DNA from: Nemertoderma westbladi
Lineage: Eukaryota; Animalia; Xenacoelomorpha
DNA: 64,000 bases
Direction of reading: 5' to 3'
Assembly: GCA_032718475.1 (NCBI GenBank)
Contig: JAUCBJ010006988.1
Coordinates: forward strand, 124,001 to 188,000
In this document: positions 49,830-63,500 of the stretch, piece after piece
Layout of the letters: each line of letters begins with the position of its first letter
Numbering within the stretch: the stretch's first letter is position 1
Position numbers and translations under genes: made by a program
The notes under the pieces: model-generated
What the model was told of the DNA's origin: nothing
Seen by the model: the letters and a program-made list of their open reading frames with translations, nothing else
Databases searched by the model: none

Positions 49830-52209
49830 TGTATAAATGCATATATGGGACTGCACACCGGCATATCTCTCGAAACGCCTGAACCCGTACACACCGTCTA
49901 GAAATCTACGGTCTAGGGAGTGCAGACTGCTAGCGATCCCCCGATATCGGCTTAATCAGTACGGAAAACGAGCGTTCTCGGTGTCGGCCTTCACTACGGA
50001 AAGCGAGCGTTCTCGGTGTCGGCCGTCACTACGGAAAGCGAGCGTTCTCGGTGTCGGCCGTCACTACGGAAAGTGAGCGTTCTCGGTGTCGGCCGTCACT
50101 ACGGAAAGCGAGCGTTCTCGGTGTCGGCCGTCACTACGGAAAGTGAGCGTTCTCGGTGTCGGCCGTCACTATGGAAAGTGAGCGTTCTCGGTGTCGGCCG
50201 TCACTACGGAAAGAGAGCGTTCTCGGTGTTGGCCGTCACTACGGAAAGCGATCGTTCTCAGTGTCGGCCGTCACTACGGAAAGCGAGCGTTCTCGGTGTC
50301 GGCCTTCACTACGGAAAGTGATTGTTCTCGGTGTCGGCCGTCACTACGGAAAGCGAGCGTTCTCGGTGTCGGCCGTCACTACGGAAAGTGAGCGTTCTCG
50401 GTGTCGGCCGTCACTACGGAAAGCGAGCATTCTTGGTGTCGGCCGTCACTACGGAAAGCGAGCGTTCTCGGTGTCGGCCGTCACTACGGAAAGCGAGCGT
50501 TCTTGGTGTCGGCCGTCACTATGGAAAGCGAGCGTTCTCGGTGTCGGCCGTCACTACGGAAAGCGAGCGTTCTTGGTGTTGGCCGTCACTACGGAAAGCG
50601 AGCATTCTTGGTGTCGGCCGTCACTACGGAAAGCGAGCGTTCTCGGTGTCGGCCGTCACTACGGAAAGCGAGCATTCTTGGTGTCGGCCGTCACTACGGA
50701 AAGCGAGCGTTCTCGGTGTCGGCCGTCACTACGGAAAGCGAGCGTTCTCGGTGTCGGCCGTCACTACGGAAAGCGAGCATTCTTGGTGTCGGCCGTCACT
50801 ACGGAAAGCGAGCGTTCTCGGTGTCGGCCGTCACTACGGAAAGAGAGCGTTCTCGGTGTTGGCCGTCACTACGGAAAGCGATCGTTCTCAGTGTCGGCCG
50901 TCACTACGGAAAGCGAGCGTTCTCGGTGTCGGCCTTCACTACGGAAAGTGATTGTTCTCGGTGTCGGCCGTCACTACGGAAAGCGAGCGTTCTCGGTGTC
51001 GGCCGTCACTACAGAAAGTGAGCGTTCTCGGTGTCGGCCGTCACTACGGAAAGCGAGCATTCTTGGTGTCGGCCGTCACTACGGAAAGCGAGCGTTCTCG
51101 GTGTCGGCCGTCACTACGGAAAGCGAGCGTTCTTGGTGTCGGCCGTCACTATGGAAAGCGAGCGTTCTCGGTGTCGGCCGTCACTACGGAAAGCGAGCGT
51201 TCTTGGTGTCGGCCGTCACTACGGAAAGCGAGCATTCTTGGTGTCGGCCGTCACTACGGAAAGCGAGCGTTCTCGGTGTCGGCCGTCACTACGGAAAGCG
51301 AGCATTCTTGGTGTCGGCCGTCACTACGGAAAGCGAGCGTTCTCGGTGTCGGCCGTCACTACGGAAAGCGAGCGTTCTCGGTGTCGGCCGTCACTACGGA
51401 AAGCGAGCGTTCTCGGTGTCGGCCGTCACTACGGAACGTAAGCGTTCTCGGTGTCGGCCGCTACTATTTGGAATTCACTTCCACGAGAACTGCGCGATGC
51501 TCAATTTCTATCAATTTTAAAAAGTAAATTAAAAACACATATTTTTAACCTAAAATATAATAATTTATAATGTTATGTAGTGGTAAAGAAAGAATTCTTA
51601 ATCAATAATAATTCTAAATTTTTAAATTGCATTGAACACAAATAAATTTGGGTCCTCCTGTTTTTTCACTTAATTGTGATTTGCACACCGCTCATATATT
51701 TTTACTTTTGATTTTACTTTTATATTATTTCCATTATTCTTACACTTGATTTTATTTCATATCTTATTATTACTCTCTACACTTTCAATATTTCTTCAAC
51801 CTGTCAAGAATTTATTTATATATTTTTTTATTACACAACGTTTGTGTTTGCATTGTATTATTTTATTTGGAATAAGTTCTTATAAAAATTAAACAAACGC
51901 AATAATGAATTTATAATAATAAAAAAATAAAAAGTAACTTTTATTAAATTTCTTAAATTTAATTTAATTTCTTAATTATTTCTTATAAAAATTAACTTTT
52001 ATTCGTAATTAATAATCCGTTTTAAGTGATGAGCGATTTTAGATTTTATTTATAATTATAATGTATTTTATTTTATTACAATGTAGTTATTTTATAACTG
52101 TTCAGTTGTCCCTATATGTTAAGTTGTCGTGCTTTATGATGTCATATATTTTCTAAGCGCCTTCATTTTCTGTACCTTTGTAAAGGCGCTCTATAAATTA
52201 TTATTATTA
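49830..52209 (+). mobile_element. 5'-truncated L2-clade LINE carrying an internal minisatellite
   Basis: PAYLSKRLNPYTPSRNLRS..LLAIPRYRLNQYGKRAFSVSA [array] ATIWNSLPRELR...LKSKLKTHIF (stop 51568-51570) is a typical L2 ORF2 end. 3' stem agcgcctt...aaggcgct, then ctataaat and an (att)n tail at about 52156-52209. Confidence 0.85.
49957..51464. repeat. 35-bp minisatellite, about 43 units (cactacggaaagcgagcgttctcggtgtcggccgt) with a 630-bp higher-order repeat
   Basis: Directly visible. The variant pattern at about 50210-50330 recurs at about 50840-50960. Confidence 0.98.
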
Positions 52210-52783
52210 AGGTGTGGGTGTGGGGCGAGTAACGAAATAAACGACCCTAGCATACGGATACCCCTGCACCGTTGTCTGTCAGTCGGCCTGTTGGTCTGTC
52301 TGTCAAATGTTTGATGGTTAATAATTCATTCAATCTTTGATGAAATTGAGTCTGTCGAAAGTTAGAAATATAATTTGCGCGGGGGGACTCAGCAGTTCTA
52401 CTGTCTCACGCGTGAGGGCGACTATGTCTAGACGATGTTATATAAGTTTATAACTTACAAAAAATCACTTATTTAATTTATACCTCATGGGTTAATAATA
52501 ATAATATGAATAATAATAAGGCTATGGTCTTATTTGGGTAATGAAATATGCCTGTCAAATGTACCGTTTTCTATTGTTTATTATCATACCACGATTTAAC
52601 ACAAATTATACACAGCTGTGTATTCACTCCAACGTGGTGAGTCCAGGGGCGGTATTCATAGAGTTAGTATTAGTTACAGCTACTTAGTGACAGCTTTTAG
52701 TAAGAGCTGCAACTATGTTTAGTAAGAGCATTGACGTAACTTTGTTTCAACTAGCTCTTAATAAATATCGGTATTCAAAAACT

Positions 52784-53897
52784 CTACTACTACTACTACT
52801 ACTAGGATCGGCATGCCTCATTTTTAAGAATGCCCTGCCGGCTTGTCGACAAAATTGCGCCGCCACAACTCCCTATCACCCATGACATTTGCTAGATCAG
52901 CCGCATCTTCAATGCCAGTGTCCTTTAAGATGCGTCTCAAGAAAGTCATGGGCTGTCCACCATGCTTATTCACTCCATGAGGCTGCTAAAGTACAAGATT
53001 AGGCACTGGCTGGTCCTCACGGCGAAACCAAATGTCCTGCAAAGCGGAGGCGATTTTGTTCTAGTGTCAAGCTTGGGGGAACCAATGAGAAACCTCCAAT
53101 GTTATATAGTTTCTGGTTGGAGATGTGTGCATTGTACTTGACACAATGAACCCGGTGTAGCATTCTTGTGAATGTACCATCCAGAGATTTGGTGTCCTCA
53201 GCAGTTAGAGCCCAGCATGGACTTCCATAGAGGAGTACATGAACTACTGCTGCTCTAAATAATCGGACCTTAAGTTTCCGATTAATTATCGGTGACTTCC
53301 AAATCCTGGAAATCCTATTCAAGGCTGCCCATGCGTATTCGAAGGTATTCGAAGGTCCTCACCTAACTTCCGGATCCATGATCCCAGGTAACAGAAGTCG
53401 TCCACATGCTCAAGCATACCATCCTTTGAGCTTATGCTCATCCGATCAGAGACTTGCTGAGGACTTTCAAAGTTAACTGTCAAAATTTTGGTCCTTCTGG
53501 AGTTAATTTAAAGACCAACACCAGAAGCAGCATGTTCTAATGAGCTGAGGAGCCGTTGGGCTCCCTCTAGTGATTCTGAGAGTACTCCTAAGTCATCAGC
53601 AAAGTCTAGATCAGTTAGGTACTTGGCAGGATTTCCTCGACTTCTGGTGTCAGTAGGTGGAGTTAGTTATCATCACCCCATCTTCATTATGATGATCTAA
53701 GGACATGCGTAGAACATAGTCAACAACAATTATGAACAAGAATGGTGCAAGTGTGTATCCCTGGAGGACGCTCCATAACACTTCAAATGGTTCTGTGTCA
53801 CCGTCAACAGTAGACACAAATGTTGTGGAACCATCGTATACTGATCTGATTGCTGCAATAATTTCATCAGGAATCCCATATAATGAAAGTATGCTCT
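52784..53897 (-). mobile_element. 5'-truncated, decayed RTE-clade LINE
   Basis: YGIPDEII, VLQG.TLAPFLFIIVVDYVL, LDFADDL, FCYLGS and KVRLFRAAV..VLLYGS..W RT segments; (TAG)n tail. Confidence 0.85.
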
Positions 53898-54575
53898 AAC
53901 CGAAATTTAATATTCTGAATTGTCAAAATCATGCTATCACAGGCCTTGCTCTCCAATTGGACAGTTTAGTTTATTAGCAAATATTGACTTTTAGAAATAT
54001 GATTCACAATTGACGAATTAAAAAATATTGTATTGTTATTATTGGCAATTTTAACTTATTATTAATTAACTTATTAATTATTAATAAGAATTTATAATAA
54101 TAAATTAATATTAATTATTAATAACTTATACTTATTTCCATGGCAACGGGAATGTAAACAAATTCAAATGTAAAATATTTGGATAGACTTTTATTTCATT
54201 TAATCACCTACCAAATATGAAGGAAAATATCCATTGTCGCCTTGAAATACAGGCGAGCCAAGCATGAAATTTGCACATTGAAAGACACTGAAAGACATTT
54301 TATTACATTTCTATGAACAACCCTAGTCATCATATCCACCTAACAAAAGTAGCATAAAAGAAGTTTCTAAGGAAATATTATGAAAATAGTGCCATAAATA
54401 TGGAAAACATCGGCCTCCGCTAATTTCATCAATCCGCTCGCTGAATGACCTGTTATTTAGTACACCTTGAGTTCAATCTAACTGTATTGTGTAACACAAT
54501 GTCGCTATATCTTTTATTAAATACTGCAATGAGCCACAAAAAAGTACCAATTAAGAATAAATTACATACTAGGCC

Positions 54576-57500
54576 TGTAAAAGCTTTTGCGGACACAACA
54601 AGTCATTTTTCCCCGCAACGTACCGTGTAGGTGCTTTAGCGGACATAACAAGTCATTTTTGCCGCAATGCGCCTAATACTCTAAAAGACTGGAGCTCAGA
54701 TGACGAAATCTGTCAGCTGATTTTCTGTAAACGTGGAACCTCTTTGTTCTGCTCAGCCAATCAGAGCGATTTTCATTTTATGTTGGACAAGGGCCTACGG
54801 AAACCCGCGCAATGCATTACGGTCTTTGTTTACCTTTTCTGAGCCTCAGAACACCGGCTAAGAATTCTTCTGTGCTTCTGTAGAAGTTAGAGACTTTGGC
54901 CAAAACATTAGATGGCTTTGATTACAAGAACGTAAATCTATTATCTGAACAAACTACAATCCAAACTGCTGAACTGACTTGCATAAGTAACATATTGATG
55001 GTTCACCGCACTATTTTACTTTTGTTTACTGTCTGTTATTAATTGTTGTATATTGATGGATATGTTGTTATATTTGGAGAATACCGATAAATAATCATAA
55101 AACCCCAATCTTCTTGATTACTGAAGGTAAGAGGGACCGGTTACCTGTAGCAATTGCGACTTACATTATAGTTATTTTGTGTGAATTAAATGCTATTTCA
55201 TAATCCCTACATGTGTCAGTCGCTATCCTCCTTATATATGATCAAATTCAGTGACGGTCGGCAGATCAGTGTGAAGTAGTGTGAAGTCGTGTGAAGTAGT
55301 GTGACAGATAATAAAGCATCTCCTAAAGAATGCGCTATTTACGAAACTCAGTGGCCATCTCGTTGTGTTTAGTATAAGTCATAACTCTGTTTTATATACT
55401 TAAAGAGCCACGTCCTAAAGGAACTGTTAATATTTCCCCGAAAGTGAATAATATTGTCAGAAATTATATAGTAACGATCAATCGAATAATACAGTAGGTC
55501 TGCACCGCAATAACTTTCAAAGCACCCGAATCCAGTCTCCCTTAACAGTGGGTGAATAATCGCGCATAGACTGGCTTCGGCTAATGTAACTTCATGTGCA
55601 CCAAATAATTGTTATAGGCTAAAGTCGATTTATAAACAAGAGGACAACTAAAATTGGCAGGTTAAACTGCTAAAGGTCTGAAAGCGAGAACAATAATAGA
55701 TTTTGTTCTTTATTGCACAGTAGGCAATAAATATAGTTGTCTATTGTTCTGGTAAGAACAATAATAGATTTTAGTTTCGTTATTGCACCGTAGGCAATAA
55801 AGTCGAAGGTACCGGTCGAACGGTAAGCTGTAGGCCTAACTGCCCAACTACCCGAACTGGTACTTACAGGTACAACATTATTATTCGATTTTGATAATTA
55901 TATACCGGTAGGTCTTAATATTTAATCAGGGATGGCCGCCCTGGTTTTTTATTGGGATTTTACTTATTTCTTTCAGTTTTGTCTATCTGTAAGTGTAATA
56001 TTGAGCAGAAGGCGTGTAAGCCTGCTCAAATTGTATAAATAATTTGTAGGCTGGATTGTTGTCTAGCTGTTGTTAGGTCTGAAGAGATTGCAGTGTGTGT
56101 AGAGTGTATGTCCAATAAAGTACTAGTTAGGAAGGTGGGGGCATCCAGTGTTGTAAGGTAAATCCCCCACGAAAGAATAAGTCGTACTACTCGGTTAGAA
56201 CGCCTACTAACTACCCATTTTGGAGTCTGCGTATACTTTAGTTTATTTAGGCTTGACAGTAGTCTGCCAGCATTTGGTCTGTATTTTGTTTATATAGTCT
56301 GCACGGGTAGCGTAATATTTATTATTCAGAGTATATTCGAGTATTCGCAACCTACAACCCCCAAGTTTATTCCTACAGTAATTGTGCTTGTTATACATAC
56401 CGTTATAGTTGAATTAACCCCGGTACTACATCAGGGCTGCTTGGCGTAGGTAAAGACTGGTGATTGTGTGCTCCGGTCACTCCAGCAGATACCTTGGTTC
56501 TTTTGGCTGTTCAAGTACATTTAACTGCTGGTTATTTGTTGTATAAGTACTTGTACCTAATTTAGGGTTTAGTGTACAGTGCTTTCCGAAAGTAATTAGT
56601 GTGTAGGCAGTATATTTGTGTTGTAAAGTGGTTAATAGGCACGTTAGCTCTGGTTGGCTGCGGTAATTAACTTCTAGGTAAGGACACTCCGGGTACATAA
56701 CGTAGTACTTATAGTTTAAGACTATAAGTCGTCAGACGGTGGTATTTTCTTATCTGGACAACGCAATTTACTTACTACTGCTTTATTGTTTTCAAATACC
56801 TTAGTTCCTGTCAGTTTGTAATAACCAGAAATTCTAACTCCTTTTTAGACTGGTTTGTAGATTTCTTGTAAAATTACCCTAAAATTTGTACGTGTAACTT
56901 TTGGTGTTTATTTAGAGATTGTAATCTCACACTGTAATTGTAAGTAATTTGTAGTAATAAGTAACTTAGTAGAGTGGAGGTGTCTGTATTTGTGTCTCGC
57001 ATGCTACTTGTTGGACACTAATACAGATAGTTCTGCATTGCTGGGCGTGCAGCTTTGTGGAAGTGATCCCTTATCCAGAAATAATAACATTTATTTCAAA
57101 CATTGTCAAAACCCATTTTACGGGTATATATATATTATAAATCAACTCAAACAGATTTATAAAATAGTAGGCCTGTTATACATCAATTAGGTCTTAATAT
57201 CAGTTGAACTACTGCTTAAATAACAGTAATAAAGTAAAAAGGAAGTAACCCTAAAATTCAGAGATTCAGTTATTATAAAATAATTGACATTACCGCTATT
57301 TAAGGTAGGCTTATTATATTTATTATATAAATTTAGGCTGAAATTATATACCGGTATTCTGTGACTAATCCTAGTCTATAATAATACTTATACTATAGGT
57401 GTATACCGGTATTTACAGCAGGCTTATTATATATATTTATATAAATTTAGGCTGAAATTATATACCGGTATTCTGTGACTAATCCTAGTCTGTAATAATA

Positions 57501-60500
57501 CTTATATATATACTACAAGTATACCGGTATTTAATATATTAATATATATCGTGTTACACTGAGTAACGGCATCGGTAATTAATCACTAGGCTTGCAGCTG
57601 ATACTGAATTACTAGACTTACTTTAACTGTCGTTATAGTAGTAGGCATTCAACTATCAAATAAATCATGGCTGACATAAAACAAAACACTGTCAGATAGT
57701 CTCCTCGAAAGAACAGTCTGTGACTCAGATAGAAGTATAAAAAATTGGAGACCGAAGTCCAAGTCCCCTCCTACTGTAAGAAAGTTCATCCCTACAGTAG
57801 TAGTATCAGACCCTAGGCTAGTGAAGCACCATAGGTCTATCATAGGCACTAGGGCTCAAGTCAAGCGGGACCAAGAGGCCGCTGTTAAACAGCAGCAGCA
57901 CCCAAACCGGGAACTTATTTCTCAGCGGCCCGATAACTCCAGTAGTTCAGACACTGTAGAGTTGACACCCGAGATCGGAGCAAAGATGGCAGAAGAGGTT
58001 TATCCGGATCCACTTCTAATTCTTCCTGGAGCCGTACTCACTAGAGTGTTGATAGCTGTGGAAGAACATCAAATCGATTGGGCGAGAAGTAAGCGATCGA
58101 CCAAGGACAGTTATGCGGGATACACAATGGAGGAACTGAAGTCTATTGTCGAGACGCAATGGAACTTCCCCGGACCCGGACTCCCGTTTAACTTATCGGA
58201 AGCTGCCTTGGAGGACTTATACAGGTTGGGAGTAGTAAGAGACACTCGAGATCCAGCTGTCTGGAAGAGGTCGGCAGCGGGATATGTCCAGGGATTCTTC
58301 AGCTCTTTGGAGCGCTTAGAGGAACACCTGTTTCAACAACGTCAAGGACCTCAAGAGCAGGGAGAGCTGCTTTATCAAGTTCAAGAACGAATTTTACGGA
58401 TCAGACTAATCCTTTCGGCCTTTGAAGAAGCTTCGAAGAGAAGCCAAGACACGTCGTTGCAAGTGGCCATAAAAACTTGGTTCCAACGGGTGAGTCTTAA
58501 AGTCCAGGGAACGACACAATGGAAAGCTCAGCTAACCGAGCATATGACCCACGGAGAATCAACAGACGCTACCTTTTCTCAGGTGGAAAGCGAAGCTATA
58601 TCAGAGAAACCTCAGAAGAAGGACGCTATTGACATCTTATCTGTCGGACTATCAACGATTTATAGGTGACAAATAGCTAAGGAGACGGCTAGCTGGACTT
58701 CATCCTAATAGTGAGGGAGCCAAATTTGTGTTGGACTCGTTAGATGTGGAAATATTAGCCGCGGAACAGGCTAAATTTGATGAAAGCATCCTCATGGTAA
58801 TGGATCAAGAAGAACAATTAAAGAAACGGCAAATAGAAGACTGAAAGTCTGCAGCAGCGGTGGAATCTGAAAGAAAAGCAGCAGCAGCAGTGGCAGAGGC
58901 AGAGGCTGAAAGGAAAGCAGCAGCAGTAGCGGCAGAGGCAGAGGCTGAGAGAAAAGCGGCAGAGGCAGAGGCTGAGAGAAAGGCGTCAGCAGCAGCGGCA
59001 GCGGCAGAATCTGAAAGGAAAGCGGCAGTGACAGAAGCAGAACTGAAAGCTTCTGAAGTGACTACCCAACTAGAGCTGGAGAACCTTCAGGCGAAACACT
59101 ATTACTTGAGGAAACAAAGGACAGCTACTCAGATGCAGTTGCTAAGTAGATCTACTCCCAGGAGACAGGGATTTACATCTTCTGATGAAGGCGATACAAC
59201 CAATCCTGAAGGCGGAGGAAATATATCTCGTTCCAGCGGACGTAGAAGAATGCCACACCGTCAGAAATTGCCTAATTTGCCCCCAGCTGTGAGAAGACAA
59301 CTAGCTAGTGTAGACTTAGGAAATACAGAATCCACAGACCAAATTATTAGAGTAGAAAGACTCCCTACTATAGTAGATGGCCTGAAATAATTAGGCCTGT
59401 TCTCGAAGCTACCCCCTCTGTGATAGAGACCCCTGTACTTCCAGAACCTAATTCTAAATTCCCTTTGCACAGTACTAAACTACCTGTGCCCAGTAGAATA
59501 GCCCCTGAATCAATCCCAGTCCTGGACGCCGAGCAAGACATCAACGATTTGTCGCCAGTCGTCCCTCGTCTACCCGCTACTATGTTGGCGGCTCCCACTT
59601 CGGCGGTAGAGTGTGTGGATGAGGGACGGCGGGAGATGGGTCTCCTGCTCGGGCAGCTGAAGGAACATCGCATATGTTCATCCCAGCAGGTCCAGGAGTT
59701 GGAAGGGACTGTTCAGCAGTTAAAGGGAACAGTAAGAGAGGGTAAGTTAGAGTTTCAAGAAGTGCAGCAGAGTATCGCGTTAGAACGCGATAAATTAGTA
59801 AATATACAATTGGGTATACCACCACCCCCTGTAACAATGTGTCAACCTGTTAGGTCTGAAGTATTTCATGCGCAAGGTGTGGAGCCTACACGCATCTATA
59901 CTGCTAGTGAAGTAGAAACTCCTATAGTTAACCCTATTAAGGTTAATTATAAACCCGTTGATAATGATATTCCATATAGACCTGATCCTAATATAACTCG
60001 ATATTAAATAATACGATGGCCCAAGAAAGTTTTACGCGTCAAATGGCTAGAACCGAAGCCCGTCAAGCGGTAAAGGTGGGAGAGATCGTCAAGTTCAATG
60101 GAGATGAGATGAAATGGTTACCTTTTAATGAGTATTATAAAGTTAACATACAGAACTCTGTACTATCTAACGGAGAGAAACTTAGATTCCTCATCGAGTG
60201 CTTGGAAGGACCTCCCAAGTTAATGGCGTTAAAGTTTATTGGACATCCAGATGGATTAAGACAAGTTTGGGATACACTCAACATCAGGTATGGTAATAGG
60301 ACTAATATAGCTATGTATTTGTATGCGAAATTAGTAGCGCCCCGAAAGTTCCTTAGCACCGGGATTATAGAGTTTTCCGATGAGATTCAGGAGATCTGTA
60401 GACAACTAGATTGGTTAGGTAAGTCTCATGAATATCAGAGTTCCATGGTTGTTGGAGCCGTAGCATCTACTTTGCCAAAGGGTGGAGTAGGTACTCGTTG

Positions 60501-63500
60501 GGACAAAAGAGTTCTCTATATGATGGACCAGCAACAAAGAGACCCTACCATGGCTGATCTCATGTCATTCTTAAATGGAGAGGTAAGATTGCAGCTCCTA
60601 AAGCAGTCCCGAGAGAAGACCCCGGAGAATAAGGTGAGTGAAAAACCCGTTTCTAGGAGAAAGGTAACACCAGTGTGTTATACAGACGACGGCGAAAGCC
60701 AAACCTCCCACGAGGAGAACAGCGGGAAAGACACCGAAAGATTTTACTATGTCAACAAAACACAGAAAGACGTAAGTAAATCTAAGTCTCGAACCGGTAA
60801 GACAGAGAACAGGTAACAACAACTCCTCCTACGTCTCCTAAGAGAATTCATGGAAGAAAGCCCGAGGAAAGAACAAGTGTGCACAACACCACACAAGTTA
60901 AAGTAAGTAACATCAAACCCAAATGTGCATTGTGCGACGGGCCCCATCGTTTAAGTGGATGTGATGAATTCTTGAAGAAATCCCTAAAGGATAGACGTGA
61001 CGTCACGTGGGATAAGCGGTTGTGTTATAATTGTCTCAGACAAGGACACCAATGGCGGACCTGTTACTCAGACACGAGATGCGCTAAGTGCGGTGCGAAA
61101 CATCATATCTTGCTGCACACAGAATTTGAAAGAACCCGCACGAGTCAGGTAAGTGAGCCCGAACTACATGTCCAATTCAATGATGTGAACGACACTGACC
61201 ACAGCTCTGAGATTGAAGGATTTTACACAGATGAATTCTCCGACGAAAACGAATCCTGTTATATGATAAACACCGCAGTGTATCGAGCGCTTATGTATGA
61301 GACTGAAACCAATAACGAAACGCAACTGACTATTCCGGACCGACAACCATCTTGGAAAGCGCCAACTTCCAACATCGGAATCCGGGAATTCCCGGTGGAT
61401 CAGCTGAGAGTCCATGGGCTAGGTAAGAGTTTTATAGTAAACGCCCTCCTTGACTCCGGCAGCACAGGAACATTCATCGACAAAGAACTAGCCGAAGACA
61501 TCTTTGCTGGACAACCCAAGTTCCGAACTTAGTTGAACCTTTCAGGAATTATTCAGGTTTGGAAATCCACAGTAGCTACAGACTACTATGCAGGCGCGTT
61601 GTCCACTCCCCAGGATGAACTAGGAGAACATAGCATAAGGTCAGTAAAAATGGTGGCGATAAAGAACTTTGCTACCAGCCAAGTAGAACCTTACAACTGG
61701 GATGAAGACCATTTTACCCAGCAGCATGATATCCCTAGATTCAACACCGACTACACAGGGGTGCAGATATTGATCGGCCAAAATGCGCATGAGGCGCTTG
61801 AGAAACAGAAAAACGGCCTGCTCGACCGCAACCATTACAAACATATGCGGGAAGAACGAGAGTAGGTTGGTACTTCACTGGACCTTCCCATAGAACACTC
61901 ATGGAAAGACTACCTAACGAAAAGGTACATCAGGTGAGTGAATGGGAAGAAGAAATCAGTGAGGGAGAGACCACAACTGTGGGAACACCATACTCCTCAG
62001 ATAATGACGATATTAACCAATTATTTGACGAGGAAAATACAATCGACCTCCTCACCGAAAATGAAACTTGGCGAAACCAAGTAAACCTGTGCCATCTCAT
62101 CAATCATGGCGGACAATTCGACTACAATGACGAATTAAATGAGGTGATAGATCGATACAACAATAAGATTCGCGATGAACATACCGTACGATTCTTTACT
62201 CAAGAAGCCGTAGAGCCTAATTCCTACGACAAGGCCCTGTCCATCGAGGAGGAGAGAGACAAGCAGATTCTGGAAACGACTACCCGTTTTCTTAAAGATC
62301 AAGGTCGCTATGAGATTGGTCTTCCGTTCCGACGGCGAGAACCCAACTTTTTAAATAACAGACCTTTAGCGGAGAAGAGAATCGCGCAACTACATCGGCA
62401 TCTTACGGCAAATGCTTCAGCTAAGGAAATGTATAAGACCCAGCTGAAGAAATTTATCGACAAGGGATACGCGGAGCGAGTGCCGGAAGAAACACCCATC
62501 ACAGAGAGAACATATTATCTAACACATCATTACGTTCCCAAACCTGGTAAACACAACGAAGTCCGGGTAGTGTTCGACGGCTCCGCCCTTTACATGGGAC
62601 AATCCTTGAATTCCGAATTGTTGCCTGGACCCAACTTACTCCAATCCTTGTTGGGAATACTATTAAGATTACGGCAATATTCTATCGCCTTCGCCTCGGA
62701 TATAGAAGGCATGTTCTTACAAGTCAAGGCGCTGGATAGGGATCGAGACAGCCTACGATCTCTGTGGTGGCCTGAAGGAGACCTCAACCTAAAACCGGTG
62801 GAGTACTGGATGACCATCCAGGCATTTGGGATCATCTCGAGTCCCTCGAACACTTGTTCAGTAGTGCGTACCACTGCTGATGACAACCAAGACACCTTCT
62901 CTAAAGCGGTTATCGACAACATCAAACGGGATATATACATGGACGACAATTTAAAGTCCCTCCCATCGGTGGAAGAAGCCATTGATGTTGCCAAGGGAAT
63001 GGTAGAGTGCTTGAAACGCGGTGGAATTCGACTAACCAAATTCACTAGTAACTCCCGTGAGTTTCTGGAATCGATCCCGGTAGAAGACCGAGGTGTTAAA
63101 GATCTGGACCTCATCAAGGACGATCTTCCGGAAACCAAGACGCTTGGTTTGAAATGGGACACGGATAGAGATATCCTGTTTTTACAGCTAAAACAGCGAG
63201 ATAATCCAGTTCGAACTAAATGGATTTGTCTAAGCATCCTGAGCACTTATTTCGATCCATTGGGATTTATTAGCCCAGTTTTATTGGTTGCTCTGAGCTT
63301 AGTGCAACAAATGTGGCTTGAAAACCACTCGTGGGACGATCCACTTAAGGGAGAACTGCTAAAGAAGTGGATGAAATGGGAAGATTCTCTACCTTCCATC
63401 GAGAACTTTATTATTTCCCGTTCATATTTTGGTCACGTTCTCCCCACGTATTCCTATCAACTCCATGTGTTTGGAGACGCCAGCGATATGGGAATAGGTT

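Noticed and set aside
49957-51464. CRISPR-like array (35-bp repeats)
   Set aside because: Units are contiguous with no unique spacers, there are no cas genes, the context is eukaryotic, and the seed is L2 coding sequence.
50016-51527. Overlapping ORFs in all three plus frames
   Set aside because: Artefact of a stop-free 35-bp unit cycling through the frames.
54690-54730. Hammerhead ribozyme in the LTR (cagatgacgaaatc)
   Set aside because: No CTGATGA core with proper stems, and it is not conserved in copy B.
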